From an uncultured Candidatus Saccharibacteria bacterium (GTDB lineage: Bacteria > Patescibacteriota > Doudnabacteria > UBA920), in NCBI GenBank assembly GCA_964650255.1, contig CAZYQT010000004.1, positions 6,501-70,500 on the forward strand: DNA of 64,000 nt, written 5' to 3'. A program made the position numbers and the translations under genes. The notes below the pieces were generated by a model, which searched no databases, was not told the origin of the DNA, and saw only the letters and a program-made list of their open reading frames with translations. Every line of letters starts with the position of its first letter. The stretch's first letter is position 1. Shown here one piece after another: positions 29,083 through 37,970 of this stretch.

Positions 29083-30831
29083 TTATTTTCTACTATAAAA
29101 ATCCTGATTAAGCGCTTTATCATCTTTGCTTACTCTATATTCTTTATCATCAATTTCGCTTAGATTGACGTAAAGCTGGTTTTTATCCAAACACTCCATC
29201 AGAAACTTCTTTTTATTTTCCAAACTAAGTTGGATAAAATCCTTAATATTCGCATCAATTGTTTTTGGTTTTATTTTAAAACTTAAAAAGGCACTTTCTT
29301 TCATTGAATGCCAAAATTCTAAAAGTTCTTTATCATTTTTAGCTTTCTGTATTTTTTCTACCCACTCATCATTCCATTTTGCAAGTTCCATATAGATAAA
29401 ATCACCGCCACCATTCCATTGAACTAAGCTAGAAATTCCTTCTTGCTCTCCTTGAACCACAGAGTTCAGTCTATTTTTTAAAATTTCTATTTGCTCATCA
29501 ATTTGTTCGAGTGTTATATATTGCCTGCCCATTTTGTGCGACACTGCTGCAGTCGTACCGCTGCCAGAAAAAAAATCTAGCACAATATCACCCTCATCAG
29601 TCGCAGAATTAATAATTCTTCTTAGTAAACCCTCGGGTTTCTGTGTCCTGAAATCCAAAAACTCATTGGAACCACTAATCAGTGGTTTTGTTATGTCATG
29701 GTCCCAGACATCTCTAACATAAACTTCTGAAAAATATCTATTAAATAGCTTATCCTTGTACCTATCAGGGACTGCTTGGTTATTTTTTATACTATCTGAA
29801 ATTACTTTACGGTCTTTTTCAGAAAGTTGAGATAGATCTGGAGCGGTAACCTGAGTGTCTATAAAGGGTTTTTCATACTTTACTACTTCTTTTTCTGGAT
29901 TAAATTTATAATTTTCAGTTTTACTATAAATAAAAATATTGTCATGCTTCTTAGGCCACGCCCCTTTACCCACACCTTGAATACGGTATCCCCAAATAAC
30001 TTCATTAACAAAATTGTCTCTACCTAATACTTCATCACATAACACTTTAAAATAATGTGCCTCGTTGTAATCTAAATGAATATAGATAAGTCCTGTTGAA
30101 GACAACAACTCTCTAGCAATTTTTAAACGATCTTTTATAAATGTAAGCCAAGAAGAATGGTTAAATCTATCATTATATTTAAAGGAATCCTTTTCCGTAT
30201 TAAATGGTGGATCAATGTATATTAATTGAATTTTCCCACCGAATTCTTTTTTAAGCGAAGCAAGTGCGAGAAGATTATTACCTTTAATAATTAAATTGTC
30301 AGTGATTATACCTTTTTCATTGCGGTTAAAGCCAACTAATTTATTCTCCCCGTTTTTATCTATGCGTTTGAAATTAGTAAAGACCTTTGGATCAAACAAA
30401 CTATTAATATCATCAGAAGCTAATGTTTCATTATAAAAAATTTCATCGCGTTTTTGGTCTTCCTTAGTCATTCCGCCTTCTAGAACACAATCCTTGTATG
30501 GCCAAGCTAAAACTACTTCATTATTTTCGCTTAAATAATTGTTACCGCTAATAAGGCCGATTTTATTTTTAAAAGCAGTATAGGAATCTGGTAAAAATTG
30601 CTTATTCGACACAAAGCTAATAAACTTCTCTTTATCAAAAATTAGTGTTTTTTCTACTTCAAAAAAGAAATTCTGCTTTATGGCTTTATCGGAAAGTAAA
30701 AGTTTAATCAGGTCTGCATCGTTCTTGCGTGCCAATTCTTGTATTTGGTTTTTCAATAACACTCCGTCCTGAGAAACAAGACGCTCATCGCTTTTCAGTA
30801 AACCTGTAACTTGCTCAAAAATATTATTCAT
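29083..30831 (-). CDS. mod: Type III R-M Mod subunit, beta-class N6-adenine methyltransferase
   Basis: IYIDPPFN precedes DFFSGSGTT; immediately upstream of res. Confidence 0.93.
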   Translation of the reverse strand: MNNIFEQVTGLLKSDERLVSQDGVLLKNQIQELARKNDADLIKLLLSDKAIKQNFFFEVEKTLIFDKEKFISFVSNKQFLPDSYTAFKNKIGLISGNNYLSENNEVVLAWPYKDCVLEGGMTKEDQKRDEIFYNETLASDDINSLFDPKVFTNFKRIDKNGENKLVGFNRNEKGIITDNLIIKGNNLLALASLKKEFGGKIQLIYIDPPFNTEKDSFKYNDRFNHSSWLTFIKDRLKIARELLSSTGLIYIHLDYNEAHYFKVLCDEVLGRDNFVNEVIWGYRIQGVGKGAWPKKHDNIFIYSKTENYKFNPEKEVVKYEKPFIDTQVTAPDLSQLSEKDRKVISDSIKNNQAVPDRYKDKLFNRYFSEVYVRDVWDHDITKPLISGSNEFLDFRTQKPEGLLRRIINSATDEGDIVLDFFSGSGTTAAVSHKMGRQYITLEQIDEQIEILKNRLNSVVQGEQEGISSLVQWNGGGDFIYMELAKWNDEWVEKIQKAKNDKELLEFWHSMKESAFLSFKIKPKTIDANIKDFIQLSLENKKKFLMECLDKNQLYVNLSEIDDKEYRVSKDDKALNQDFYSRK

Positions 30832-30936
30832 AATTTTACTCTAAATATACTTAATAATAACATTTCTTCATGTGTTGGTAAATCCTTCATAAACAAGCAA
30901 AAGCACCTATCCTATCAGTGATGCTATAATCAACCT

Positions 30937-31356
30937 ATGAACATCTACCTCGACATCGATGGAGTGCTCCTGACAGATTCCCTATCTGACCGTGGCAATC
31001 CTACCCCGCACTCCCTGGAGCTCCTCAATACGATTACTGACCACCACACAGTCTATTGGCTCACTACCCACTGCCATGGCGGGGAAAATCGCGCTCCCGA
31101 ACTTCTCTACCCAAAATTCCCTCCTGAAGCCAAAGCTTACATAGACAAAATCTTGCCTACAGATTGGGGTACTTGGAAAACTGATGCCATCGATTTTTCC
31201 GAAGACTTCCTCTGGCTCGACGATGACGTCTACGGAACAGAATACACAGCCCTAGCCAAACACAACTGTTCAGAAAAACTCATAAAAATTAATCTACAAG
31301 AGAATCCGGAGCAGTTGAAAGATATTATTCAAAAATTAACAGATAAAAATATATGA
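30937..31356 (+). CDS. Capless HAD-superfamily phosphatase
   Basis: YLDIDGVL, WLTT, WK, WLDDD. Confidence 0.8.
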   Translation: MNIYLDIDGVLLTDSLSDRGNPTPHSLELLNTITDHHTVYWLTTHCHGGENRAPELLYPKFPPEAKAYIDKILPTDWGTWKTDAIDFSEDFLWLDDDVYGTEYTALAKHNCSEKLIKINLQENPEQLKDIIQKLTDKNI

Positions 31357-31544
31357 AATGGTTAAAAGAGAATTGGTTTAAAATAGCTATTTTGCTCTCA
31401 GTGCTACTTATATTCTTTAGTTGGTTATATGTGGCAAAAATAAAACCATCGAATATTCGTAAATTTTGTTTTAATATAGCTAAGGAAAATCCCTACGGTT
31501 ACAACTATAAAGAATGTATTATTAGTTACGGGTTAACCCAATAA
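31353..31544 (+). CDS. Small single-TM protein
   Basis: ATGA overlap with the HAD gene; TM plus two Cys. Confidence 0.55.
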   Translation: MKWLKENWFKIAILLSVLLIFFSWLYVAKIKPSNIRKFCFNIAKENPYGYNYKECIISYGLTQ

Positions 31545-31559
31545 TATCATGTCCAATAA

Positions 31560-31760
31560 ATAGAACACCACCATAGGTTTGAGCCTTGGAATGATCCTGC
31601 TTGGATTGCTTATTGCTGCTATAGCTGTAATTGTAGCTGTGGCGATAAAAAGCTTCGTGAATGGTTTAAAAAACCATACTGTCTCGAAAAAAATATTAAT
31701 GAGAAAAGTGTTGCTCAAATAGTCAAAGATTATCTATTAACACAACAATCCTGGTTATAG
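31560..31760 (+). pseudogene. Start-less HNH endonuclease remnant
   Basis: Manual translation IEHHHRFEPWNDPAWIAYCCYSCNCSCGDKKLREWFKKPYC...; EH...CxxCN pattern; preceded in frame by a stop. Confidence 0.5.
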
Positions 31761-31762
31761 CA

Positions 31763-32305
31763 TTATTTCTCAATACCCAGGGCTATGTATAAACTGGAAT
31801 ACACTAAGCCTTCATAGAATTGGCATGACATGTACTCTGGGTCTTCTTTAGTTGCTTTTTGATACCAATCCCACGATGCCATTGGATCGGAAACTATTGG
31901 CATCGTCGTAACTTTATAGCCAAGCTGAATAATTTTCTCAATGATTGGTTTTAAAAGGTTGAGATTATCTCCAATTATTTCAATTACTATATTCTTCTTA
32001 TCTGCGATTGCCGTGCTTACCACATACTCACCTGCAAAGGATAAATAGGCTGACATTTTTGGATCTTCAGCATCGAATAGCTTATTCATCTCGAGAACTA
32101 TATCGCCACCATCAAAATGTACGTAACCTGTCGGGAACTCTTGACGACGAGCAGTAGTTTTTCCAGCGGCTGGACCACCGGACACAATTACAAACTGCGG
32201 ATGGTCTTCGGTCCTACCCCGTTCACAAAACTGTTCTACTAGTTCAAGAATTTTCAGCGTAGCATCGGTCTCAAATTGTACTATTTTTGGCTGTGATTCT
32301 GACAT
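31763..32305 (-). CDS. Second, shorter zeta-like P-loop kinase
   Basis: VSGGPAAGKTT, HFDGGD, NIVIE. Confidence 0.65.
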   Translation of the reverse strand: MSESQPKIVQFETDATLKILELVEQFCERGRTEDHPQFVIVSGGPAAGKTTARRQEFPTGYVHFDGGDIVLEMNKLFDAEDPKMSAYLSFAGEYVVSTAIADKKNIVIEIIGDNLNLLKPIIEKIIQLGYKVTTMPIVSDPMASWDWYQKATKEDPEYMSCQFYEGLVYSSLYIALGIEK

Positions 32306-32523
32306 ATATATTAATTATATCTTAATCCCGCTTATCTGTAACCTAAAACGAAAAATTGCTCCGCTTAGTACCCCACCCTAATAATAAAAAACTTTTTCAA
32401 AAAAGGGTCTCCCCCCTTCGGGTTGCAATTTTACTGAGCTACCGTCAGTAACGTCAGTTCTTTTCTAACTTGCTGCCATAATCATGGCAATAATGCCTCT
32501 CCAATGCTTGATTTCCTGAATAA

Positions 32524-32556
32524 GGGGGTTGTAATTCTCTTTCATGAAGACTACCA
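32524..32556 (+). repeat. Possible decayed copy of tRNA-Glu 3' end (att remnant)
   Basis: GGGGTTGTAATTCTC...CTACCA versus tRNA GGAGTTCGATTCTCC...CTACCA, followed by a terminator-like hairpin. Confidence 0.35.
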
Positions 32557-32591
32557 GCCGGCCCTTGGGCCGGTTTTGCTATAATACTAAT

Positions 32592-32867
32592 ATGACTATC
32601 CCCCAACTTTTTATAATCTTTATTGCAATACTAAATCTTGTTTCATTCATCCTGGTATATATTGATAAGCAAAAAAGCATTACTCACAGCGAACGATTGC
32701 CAGAAGTGGATTTCTTCGTTTGGGGAATCTTCTTTTCTTCATTTGGTGTACTAGCGGGGATGTTTGTATTTCATCATAAAACCCAAAAGCTAAACTTTGT
32801 TTTTGGTATTGGACTGTTATTACTCCAGCAAATTGCTTTGGCATACTTGATTATAAATCAGTTCTAA
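32592..32867 (+). CDS. DUF1294-family membrane protein
   Basis: YIDKQKS...RLPE, FHHKTQK; start 32592 lies 6 nt after TGCTATAAT. Confidence 0.8.
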   Translation: MTIPQLFIIFIAILNLVSFILVYIDKQKSITHSERLPEVDFFVWGIFFSSFGVLAGMFVFHHKTQKLNFVFGIGLLLLQQIALAYLIINQF

Positions 32868-32924
32868 ACGTATCCAATAAAAAAAAGCCCGCCCCAGCAT
32901 AGCTGAGGCGGGTAAAACGAAAAG

Positions 32925-32993
32925 TTATTCTTTTTTAGCATCGGCTGCTGCGCCGTTTGCTGGCTTGTTTTGAGTTCCTTGATTATCAGACAT
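32925..32993 (-). CDS. 22-aa hydrophilic peptide in its own transcription unit
   Basis: MSDNQGTQNKPANGAAADAKKE; SD AAAGGGA, TATACT at 33044-33049, terminator 32879-32913. Confidence 0.5.
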   Translation of the reverse strand: MSDNQGTQNKPANGAAADAKKE

Positions 32994-33177
32994 TTTTTCC
33001 CTTTCTCTGCTTTCACAGGGTTAATACATCCCTACCTAAAACCAGTATAGTCCTCCCATATGAGCGGTACATGAAAATAGCTATACCTTGCATATTGCTA
33101 GCTTATTTCAAGGCATTATTTTCCATTTGCAAACCAAAAAGGTGTATAATTAAAGCAGATCATTAACCCAACAAAAA

Positions 33178-33477
33178 ATGATATTAGTCCACGATATTTT
33201 TGTCTGCAAGCCAGGCAATGCTTCAAAATTAGCCAAACTGTTCAAAGAAATTATGACTAAGGATACCAATCCAGAGCTAGTCAACATTTTGACCGACATG
33301 ACTGGCCAATACAATCGCGTTATTATGGTATCCCAGTACGACAGCTTGGCCGCCTACGAGGAGGCTTTCAAAAAATACATGAACCCTACCCCTGAAATGC
33401 AGGAAGCCATGAAAAAAATGGATGGTTACACAGACCTATATTTATCTGGGAGCCGGGAAATATATAAAATTTGGTAA
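33178..33477 (+). CDS. NIPSNAP-like dimeric alpha-beta barrel protein
   Basis: FVCKPG, TDMTGQYNRV, YDSLAAYE. Confidence 0.7.
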   Translation: MILVHDIFVCKPGNASKLAKLFKEIMTKDTNPELVNILTDMTGQYNRVIMVSQYDSLAAYEEAFKKYMNPTPEMQEAMKKMDGYTDLYLSGSREIYKIW

Positions 33478-33491
33478 TTAATTAAACGATC

Positions 33492-33968
33492 ATGAAAAAG
33501 ATATCAATAGTATGGCTTGAGATAATCCAGCTAATCATTGGCTTCGAATGGTTAAAATCATCTTACGAGAAGTTGTTTGAGCCTGAGTTTATAGCGAACT
33601 ATCCTAAAACCATGGAAGTTTTCGCCACCAAAACTCAATACCATTGGTATGGTAATTTTCTGAGCGGTTTTGTCTTGGATCACAGTAATCTATTTGGCAA
33701 TTTAATTAGAATTGGCGAATTTGCAACCGGGCTGGGTTTGGTTATTGCTGCGATATTGATTATGTCGAACAAGGCCCTTCCCTTACTGGCAACTTGGGTA
33801 TTGGTGATTGTTTGTTTTGCTGGTGCGTTTATGAACCTAAACTTTTACCTGGCCTCCAGTTGGTCCGGCCCGGCCGCAGCAGGTATTAATTGCACAATGG
33901 GCTTAATTCAAGTTGCTCTAGGAATTTTCTACATCACTAACCGACACAATTTAAAATCTAACATATGA
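33492..33968 (+). CDS. DoxX / TQO small subunit DoxD-like membrane protein
   Basis: GFEWLKSSYEK, GEFATGLGL, MNLNFYL. Confidence 0.75.
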   Translation: MKKISIVWLEIIQLIIGFEWLKSSYEKLFEPEFIANYPKTMEVFATKTQYHWYGNFLSGFVLDHSNLFGNLIRIGEFATGLGLVIAAILIMSNKALPLLATWVLVIVCFAGAFMNLNFYLASSWSGPAAAGINCTMGLIQVALGIFYITNRHNLKSNI

Positions 33969-34978
33969 ACATTATTCACTTTGAGACGACCGATGAGGAT
34001 CGCCAACTACTATCTTCCCTTGGCGACAACGGACAACACCTGGAAGACAAGCTAACCGCAGATACTGTGTCTAAAGCTAAGGACGCAGAAATAGTTAGCA
34101 TCTTTGTTAATTCAGTGGTGGACCAAGCCGTTATCAATCAGTTACCTAACCTAAAATTGTTAATAACCAGGTCGGTTGGGTTTGACCATATCGATAGTGC
34201 CTATGCGCAATCAAAAGGAATTACTATCTGCAATGTGCCAGGATATGGCTCGTGTACTGTTGCAGAATTTGCTTTTGCTTTAATCCTCGGACTCTCGCGC
34301 AAAGTCTATCATGCGATTGAACAAGTAAAAGAAAAAAACGATTGGAGCATGTCGCAATTCAAAGGTTTCGATTTACAAGGAAAAACTTTGGGGCTTGTGG
34401 GTACAGGAAGAATTGGTTTAAACGTTGCGCAAATTGCCAATGGTTTTGGGATGTCAGTCATTGCCCACGATGCCTTCCCGCAAGCCGAAAAAGCCACTCA
34501 ATACAATTTTTCATATACTGCTTCTTTAGATGAATTACTCTCTAAATCCGATGTTGTCACCTTGCATGTTCCTGCAACCAAAGAGACTCATCATTTAATT
34601 AATCAAACCAACATCGATAAATTTAAACCTGGTGCCATTTTAGTCAATACTGCTCGTGGCGATGTAGTCGATGCCGAAGCCATTTTGCATGGGTTCAACA
34701 GCGGTATCTTGAGCGGAGTTGGGTTAGATGTACTTGAAGGCGAGCACGAACTTAAGGAAGAAGCTGAGCTCATGTCGAAAGATGACCACATGAGCTATGA
34801 AAAATTAAAAGTACTACTTGAAGACCACGTACTGATTAATCATCCTAAAGTAATTATTACCCCACATATCGCTTTTAATACCGAGGAGGCAAAAAAAGAG
34901 ATTATGACAATTACGCTAGACAATATTAAAAGCTTCGAACAAGGGCAACCTAAAAACGTAGTGCAAATTCAAAAATGA
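33965..34978 (+). CDS. D-2-hydroxyacid dehydrogenase (D-lactate/hydroxypyruvate reductase family)
   Basis: RSVGFDHID, GTGRIG, NTARG, LDVLEGE, TPHIAF. Confidence 0.92.
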   Translation: MNIIHFETTDEDRQLLSSLGDNGQHLEDKLTADTVSKAKDAEIVSIFVNSVVDQAVINQLPNLKLLITRSVGFDHIDSAYAQSKGITICNVPGYGSCTVAEFAFALILGLSRKVYHAIEQVKEKNDWSMSQFKGFDLQGKTLGLVGTGRIGLNVAQIANGFGMSVIAHDAFPQAEKATQYNFSYTASLDELLSKSDVVTLHVPATKETHHLINQTNIDKFKPGAILVNTARGDVVDAEAILHGFNSGILSGVGLDVLEGEHELKEEAELMSKDDHMSYEKLKVLLEDHVLINHPKVIITPHIAFNTEEAKKEIMTITLDNIKSFEQGQPKNVVQIQK

Positions 34979-36246
34979 GTAAAAATTGGGTTAAAAATAA
35001 GGAACAGCTGTCCACCTCTGAGGAACGGAAAATAGTACTCGACATTGTCGAAGCTGGGTTAGACGCAATCGATACCGAGAAGGTTATTCGCGCAAGCGTA
35101 ATCTTAAAGGACAACGAGCTCCGAATTAAGAACCAAACTTTCAGCCTAGAAAATGTTCAAAACATTTACATAGTTGGTTTTGGTAAGCCGTCTTGCTTAG
35201 CAGCATCGGTTTTAGATGAAATATTGGGAAACGAAATTAAAGGCGGTGTGGCGATTGGACTTGCCCCCATCGCCTGCGAGTATGTTCAAACATATGGTGG
35301 AACCCATCCCCACCCTTCAGTGCAAAACGTGGAGGTATCAGAAAAAATCTTAGAACTAAGCAAGAAGTTAACAGAGAAGGATTTAGTTATTGTCATTGTT
35401 TCAGGGGGCGGATCCGCTTTACTCTGCTGGCCCATGGCAGAGTGTGAGCAAGCCAATCGCCTATACAACGACTTTTTAACCACAGGCGGAGATATTAAAG
35501 AGCTCAATACTATTCGCAAACACATTTCCTTGCTAAAAGGTGGTGGACTTGCCAAGCAACTTTACCCAGCAACTGTAATTGGTCTAATTTTCTCTGATGT
35601 CCCGGGAAATAACTATGACTACATTGCCTCCGGGCCAACGTATAAAGACAGTACTACTGTTGCTGATGCGCAGGCAATTTTAGATAAATATAATCTTACC
35701 GGGTACACATTAAACGAAACTCCAACGGACGATAGATACTTTGAAAAGGTCACGAACATTCCATTGGTTTCTAACATGGAAGCAGAACAAGCTATGTCCG
35801 AAAAGGCAAAAGAGCTTGGCTTAAAATCAAAAATTTTATCGTACGAATTATACGACCCTCCAGAGCAAGTCGCTAAGAAATTAATTGCATCAGTAGATGC
35901 GGGCACGGTAGTTGTGGCTGGCGGCGAGCCTAAATCCATTGTCACAAAAAAAGACGGCAAAGGTGGCCGCTGTGAACGATTGGGAATAGAAATGTTGCCA
36001 TTGCTCACTGAACAAGATACTTTTGCTGCAGTGGCCTCAGACGGACTAGATAATGGCCCAGCCGCAGGAATAATTGAGGATTGGTCAACTGCGCAAAAAG
36101 TTACTGCGCAAAATATTGATATTTCTGACTTCAAAGACAGGTGGGACAGCCTGGGGTTTTACAAGGAAACAGGCAATGAGTTGCTAGAGACAGGCCCAAC
36201 CAATGAAAATGTTTCTGACTTAATGATTTTGTACCGGAAGGGTTAA
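34975..36246 (+). CDS. Glycerate 2-kinase (DUF4147/MOFRL, TtuD family)
   Basis: GFGK, HPHPS, SGGGSAL, KGGGLA, SDVPG, GGE, SDGLD, TGPTNENVSD. Confidence 0.9.
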   Translation: MSKNWVKNKEQLSTSEERKIVLDIVEAGLDAIDTEKVIRASVILKDNELRIKNQTFSLENVQNIYIVGFGKPSCLAASVLDEILGNEIKGGVAIGLAPIACEYVQTYGGTHPHPSVQNVEVSEKILELSKKLTEKDLVIVIVSGGGSALLCWPMAECEQANRLYNDFLTTGGDIKELNTIRKHISLLKGGGLAKQLYPATVIGLIFSDVPGNNYDYIASGPTYKDSTTVADAQAILDKYNLTGYTLNETPTDDRYFEKVTNIPLVSNMEAEQAMSEKAKELGLKSKILSYELYDPPEQVAKKLIASVDAGTVVVAGGEPKSIVTKKDGKGGRCERLGIEMLPLLTEQDTFAAVASDGLDNGPAAGIIEDWSTAQKVTAQNIDISDFKDRWDSLGFYKETGNELLETGPTNENVSDLMILYRKG

Positions 36247-36255
36247 AAATTTAAT

Positions 36256-37155
36256 TTAACTAATGCGGGTTTTTTCTTTGTGCCCAAGCTCGGGTGGGCA
36301 TAAAAACGCGTCACCTAGACGACTTTGGCACTCTTGGCAGGCGATCATCTTGCGATTACAATCATCAATAACACAGTTTGTATAACGTTCACTGGTTTTC
36401 CCGCAAACCCAGCACTTCCCTACTATCTCGTGCTTAGGATCATCAGTATAAAACCCGACTGCGATGCGGCTATCAAAAACGTAGAGCTTCCCAACAAAAT
36501 CTTCATTGGGATATTTACGCATGTATGAGACGATGCCACCATCAAGTTGATAGACATTTTTAAAGCCTTGTTGTAATAAATAGCCACTGGCTTTCTCACA
36601 GCGCACGCCACCAGTACAAACAGTAAGCACAGTCTTGTCTTTTAGGTGCTCAATATTTTTCAAAAAACGTGGGAGGTCGCGGAAGTTATCCATTGGCGGT
36701 AAAATCGAACCCTTAAAATGACCGACCAAATGCTCATAAGCATTGCGCATATCAATAATATAGAACTCTTTATCTTCGGTAATCCAGGTATGCAATTCTT
36801 CTGGCTTTAAGTGAATCCCTGTTAACTTGTTAGGATCAATATCACATTCTTTTGGCAAACCGAGCGAAACCAATTCGTTCCGAAGCTTTACCGAAGTTTT
36901 TGGAAAGGCGTGTCCGTTACCTGGATCGCGCTTTATATGCGTGCCGGCAAATCTAGGGTCGCTAAATAAGTCCTCGAGGTATAAATCGATATTCTCAGTC
37001 GTACCCTCCATAGTGGCATTAATCCCCTCGCTGGCAATAATCGTGCGCCCTTTAAGACCCAGGCGTTCTTGAAGCTCTTTTTGATGAAGCATCATTTTGC
37101 CAGGGTTATCTATATGGACGTATTTGTAAAATAGTATTATTTCGTAATTGCTCAT
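36256..37155 (-). CDS. trhO: tRNA U34 hydroxylase TrhO (UPF0176 rhodanese family)
   Basis: LFYKY, EGINAT, DMRNAYE, CTGGVRCEK, LDGGI, YVFDSR, C-terminal Cys cluster. Confidence 0.9.
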   Translation of the reverse strand: MSNYEIILFYKYVHIDNPGKMMLHQKELQERLGLKGRTIIASEGINATMEGTTENIDLYLEDLFSDPRFAGTHIKRDPGNGHAFPKTSVKLRNELVSLGLPKECDIDPNKLTGIHLKPEELHTWITEDKEFYIIDMRNAYEHLVGHFKGSILPPMDNFRDLPRFLKNIEHLKDKTVLTVCTGGVRCEKASGYLLQQGFKNVYQLDGGIVSYMRKYPNEDFVGKLYVFDSRIAVGFYTDDPKHEIVGKCWVCGKTSERYTNCVIDDCNRKMIACQECQSRLGDAFLCPPELGHKEKTRIS

Positions 37156-37273
37156 ATTCTTGAGTATTTCAAATCATATTGTACTGTTTTTTGTTGTCAA
37201 AGTCAATAAAAACCGCATCTTTAGAATGCGGCCAAAAGCTTGTTCAGCAATTGTGGGTTATTTTTTGCGTTGA

Positions 37274-37888
37274 TTAATTTCGGGCTGGTACCAGCACCTC
37301 ATCAACATAAAGCTGGCGGGGGTCAACCGGTTTCCAACCTGGTTGCGACTGGTCATCGTCGTCAATCTCGGCCAAGTAAAAATTAAAAATTTTACTAAAA
37401 TCTTTACTGTGGCCATGCCGATTATTTGCCCATTCTGCCCAGTCTTTCAGAGACATACTTGTTTCTGTTGCTGGGATAAAGTGAACATGAAAATTTTCAG
37501 CGTACTCTTGCATTACCAACGGCGGGAGCCGCAGGAAGTCTCGCAAGAACACTTCTGATAATTCCTTTTCCGCAAGCTCAAACATTGACTTAAGAGCGAG
37601 GAAAAAGTTCGCGTAATAATCGGATACGATGATCACGCAATGTTGGTTCTTAACGGCCTGTTCTAAGAACTTGAACATCACCACCCGGAACTGTCCAGGA
37701 TTGGCTTTGGTCTTGGCCTTATATTCCGACCAGGCTTTTTGGAACGGTGACTGGTTTGAAAAGTTCCTTCGCGAGCCATGACCCGCAAGAGTTTCTAGGC
37801 AAACCCTGATTAGCTGGACAAAATGCCAGCAGTGAGGTGTACTCCCAGGCTCAAGGCCTTTACGAAAGTTCGTCTTGATTACTGGCAT
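37274..37888 (-). CDS. ORFan
   Basis: 204-aa ORF with AGGAGGAG SD and flanking hairpins. Confidence 0.6.
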   Translation of the reverse strand: MPVIKTNFRKGLEPGSTPHCWHFVQLIRVCLETLAGHGSRRNFSNQSPFQKAWSEYKAKTKANPGQFRVVMFKFLEQAVKNQHCVIIVSDYYANFFLALKSMFELAEKELSEVFLRDFLRLPPLVMQEYAENFHVHFIPATETSMSLKDWAEWANNRHGHSKDFSKIFNFYLAEIDDDDQSQPGWKPVDPRQLYVDEVLVPARN

Positions 37889-37970
37889 AATTAACTCCTC
37901 CTATTTCCCATTCGGGCCTTTATAATAACTGATCCTAATAAAAAATCAAGGGCTAATCTTGCCCTTGATT

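Larger units (their letters stand above)
25373..32556. mobile_element. tRNA-Glu-anchored defence island, no integrase seen
   Basis: Visibly AT-richer than flanks, R-M and toxin-like cargo, starts at tRNA 3' end, possible decayed att copy at right end. Confidence 0.6.
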
